Assembly (NCBI RefSeq): GCF_964204645.1
Contig: NC_134025.1
Location: 19,133,101 to 19,197,100, forward strand
DNA from: Tubulanus polymorphus
Taxonomy: Eukaryota; Animalia; Nemertea
DNA: 64,000 bases
Direction of reading: 5' to 3'
In this document: piece after piece, positions 62,865 to 64,000 of the stretch
How positions within the stretch are numbered: the stretch's first letter is position 1
Layout of the letters: every line of letters begins with the position of its first letter
Made by a program: the position numbers and the translations under genes
Notes under the pieces: model-generated
Told to the model about the DNA's origin: nothing
What the model saw: only the letters and a program-made list of their open reading frames with translations
Database searches by the model: none

Positions 62865-63839
62865 CTAGGGGTCCAGTGACACCATGCCCACTTGGGAAGT
62901 GGTTTCAAATGCTCAACAATCTAACAATTTCAATATTCATTGCCCCCTGGTGACCATATACAAAACCAATGACCTTGAAACTCACCACAATCATAGAATA
63001 TGTCAGCAGCTATGATTTTGTAATTGATTGTGATTGATAACAAAATATGCTTCGTTACCAAATTAATAAGGAAATACCAAGTTCTTCTACTATTCAACGC
63101 CCCCTGGTGACCATATAAAATAACTTATGTCCTTGAAACTCACCACAATCATAGACAATGTCATGAGCTACAACTTTGCAAACGATTGTGGTAACAAAAT
63201 ATGCGTAGGTACAAATATAATATAGAAATACTAAGTTATTGTATTATTCAACGCCCCCTGGTGACCAAATGCAAAACCCAATGACCTTGAAACTCACCAC
63301 AATCATAGAACATGTCACACTACAACTTTGCAATGGATCATGGTAACAAAATAGCCCTACGTACCAATCTAATAAGGAAATACTAAGTTATTCTACTATT
63401 CAACACCCCCTGGTGACCATATGCAAAACCCAATGACCTTGAAACTCACCACAATCATAGAAAATGTCATGAACTACAACTCGACCCAATTTTTCTTATG
63501 TTGATGGGCCCTTGGGAGGTACAAATATACACAAACAATCAAGGTTAACGATAAAAGGGTCTTCAAAATTTCCCTCGAAAACTTCGAAATTGTGTAAAAA
63601 GTGCTGATTTTGGCGAACAACAATGGCTGCCAGTCGGCCATCTTGAATCTGACAGGGCCAATTTTTTGCCTGAGGATGTGTCTAGGGTAGATACATATAT
63701 AAACCAAATATCAAGACATTACGTACCTTGAAGCGTCTTCAAAACTTCCCAAAATAACTGGATTCCGTAGACGGAATGACGACGGACGAAAAGTGAACGC
63801 AATAGCCCGCTGGGACTAAAGTCCCAAGTGGGCTAAAAA
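62865..63839 (+). mobile_element. Pearl/HINE family A copy with internal deletion
   Basis: subTIRs, core repeats, GACG tract, 3' hairpin. Confidence 0.88.
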
Positions 63840-64000
63840 CGATAATCTGTTAATCCAATGTATATAGTATATATAAAATAACAAGGGGGCTAACGACGCT
63901 CACAAACTACCCAACTTCAGTCGCTTACTATTTCGTTATTTCTCATCCGATTTTGATAATCCAGGCATGATATGAAAGCTAAGTGGTATAAGCCCATCCG

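Overview
AT-rich animal genomic DNA made almost entirely of transposable elements. Pearl/HINE-type repeats suggest a marine invertebrate, probably a lophotrochozoan (inference). Main contents: (1) an env-bearing Ty3/Gypsy element at 659-11921 with 789-bp LTRs differing at about 4 sites, a decayed pol and a Helentron-type insertion in the protease; (2) a decayed CR1/L2-like LINE; (3) a second, unrelated Gypsy element with PNMA-like Gag, caught in a 3.2-kb-arm inverted duplication (24206-37386); (4) many HINE/pearl-like elements, MITEs, minisatellites and a Tc1/mariner relic; (5) a short-TIR cassette encoding a zinc knuckle, coiled coil and ubiquitin-like domain; (6) one RG-rich host exon. The strongest unexplained signal is shared by both Gypsy LTRs. 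Each contains a direct repeat that starts at an Inr (TCATTC). Its first copy ends at a GT splice donor and its second at an AG acceptor, so one repeat period equals one intron. This architecture could let an LTR carry a spliceosomal intron that is rebuilt at every round of reverse transcription. All alignments were done by eye. The ORF track uses bacterial alternative starts, and most of its short ORFs are spurious.
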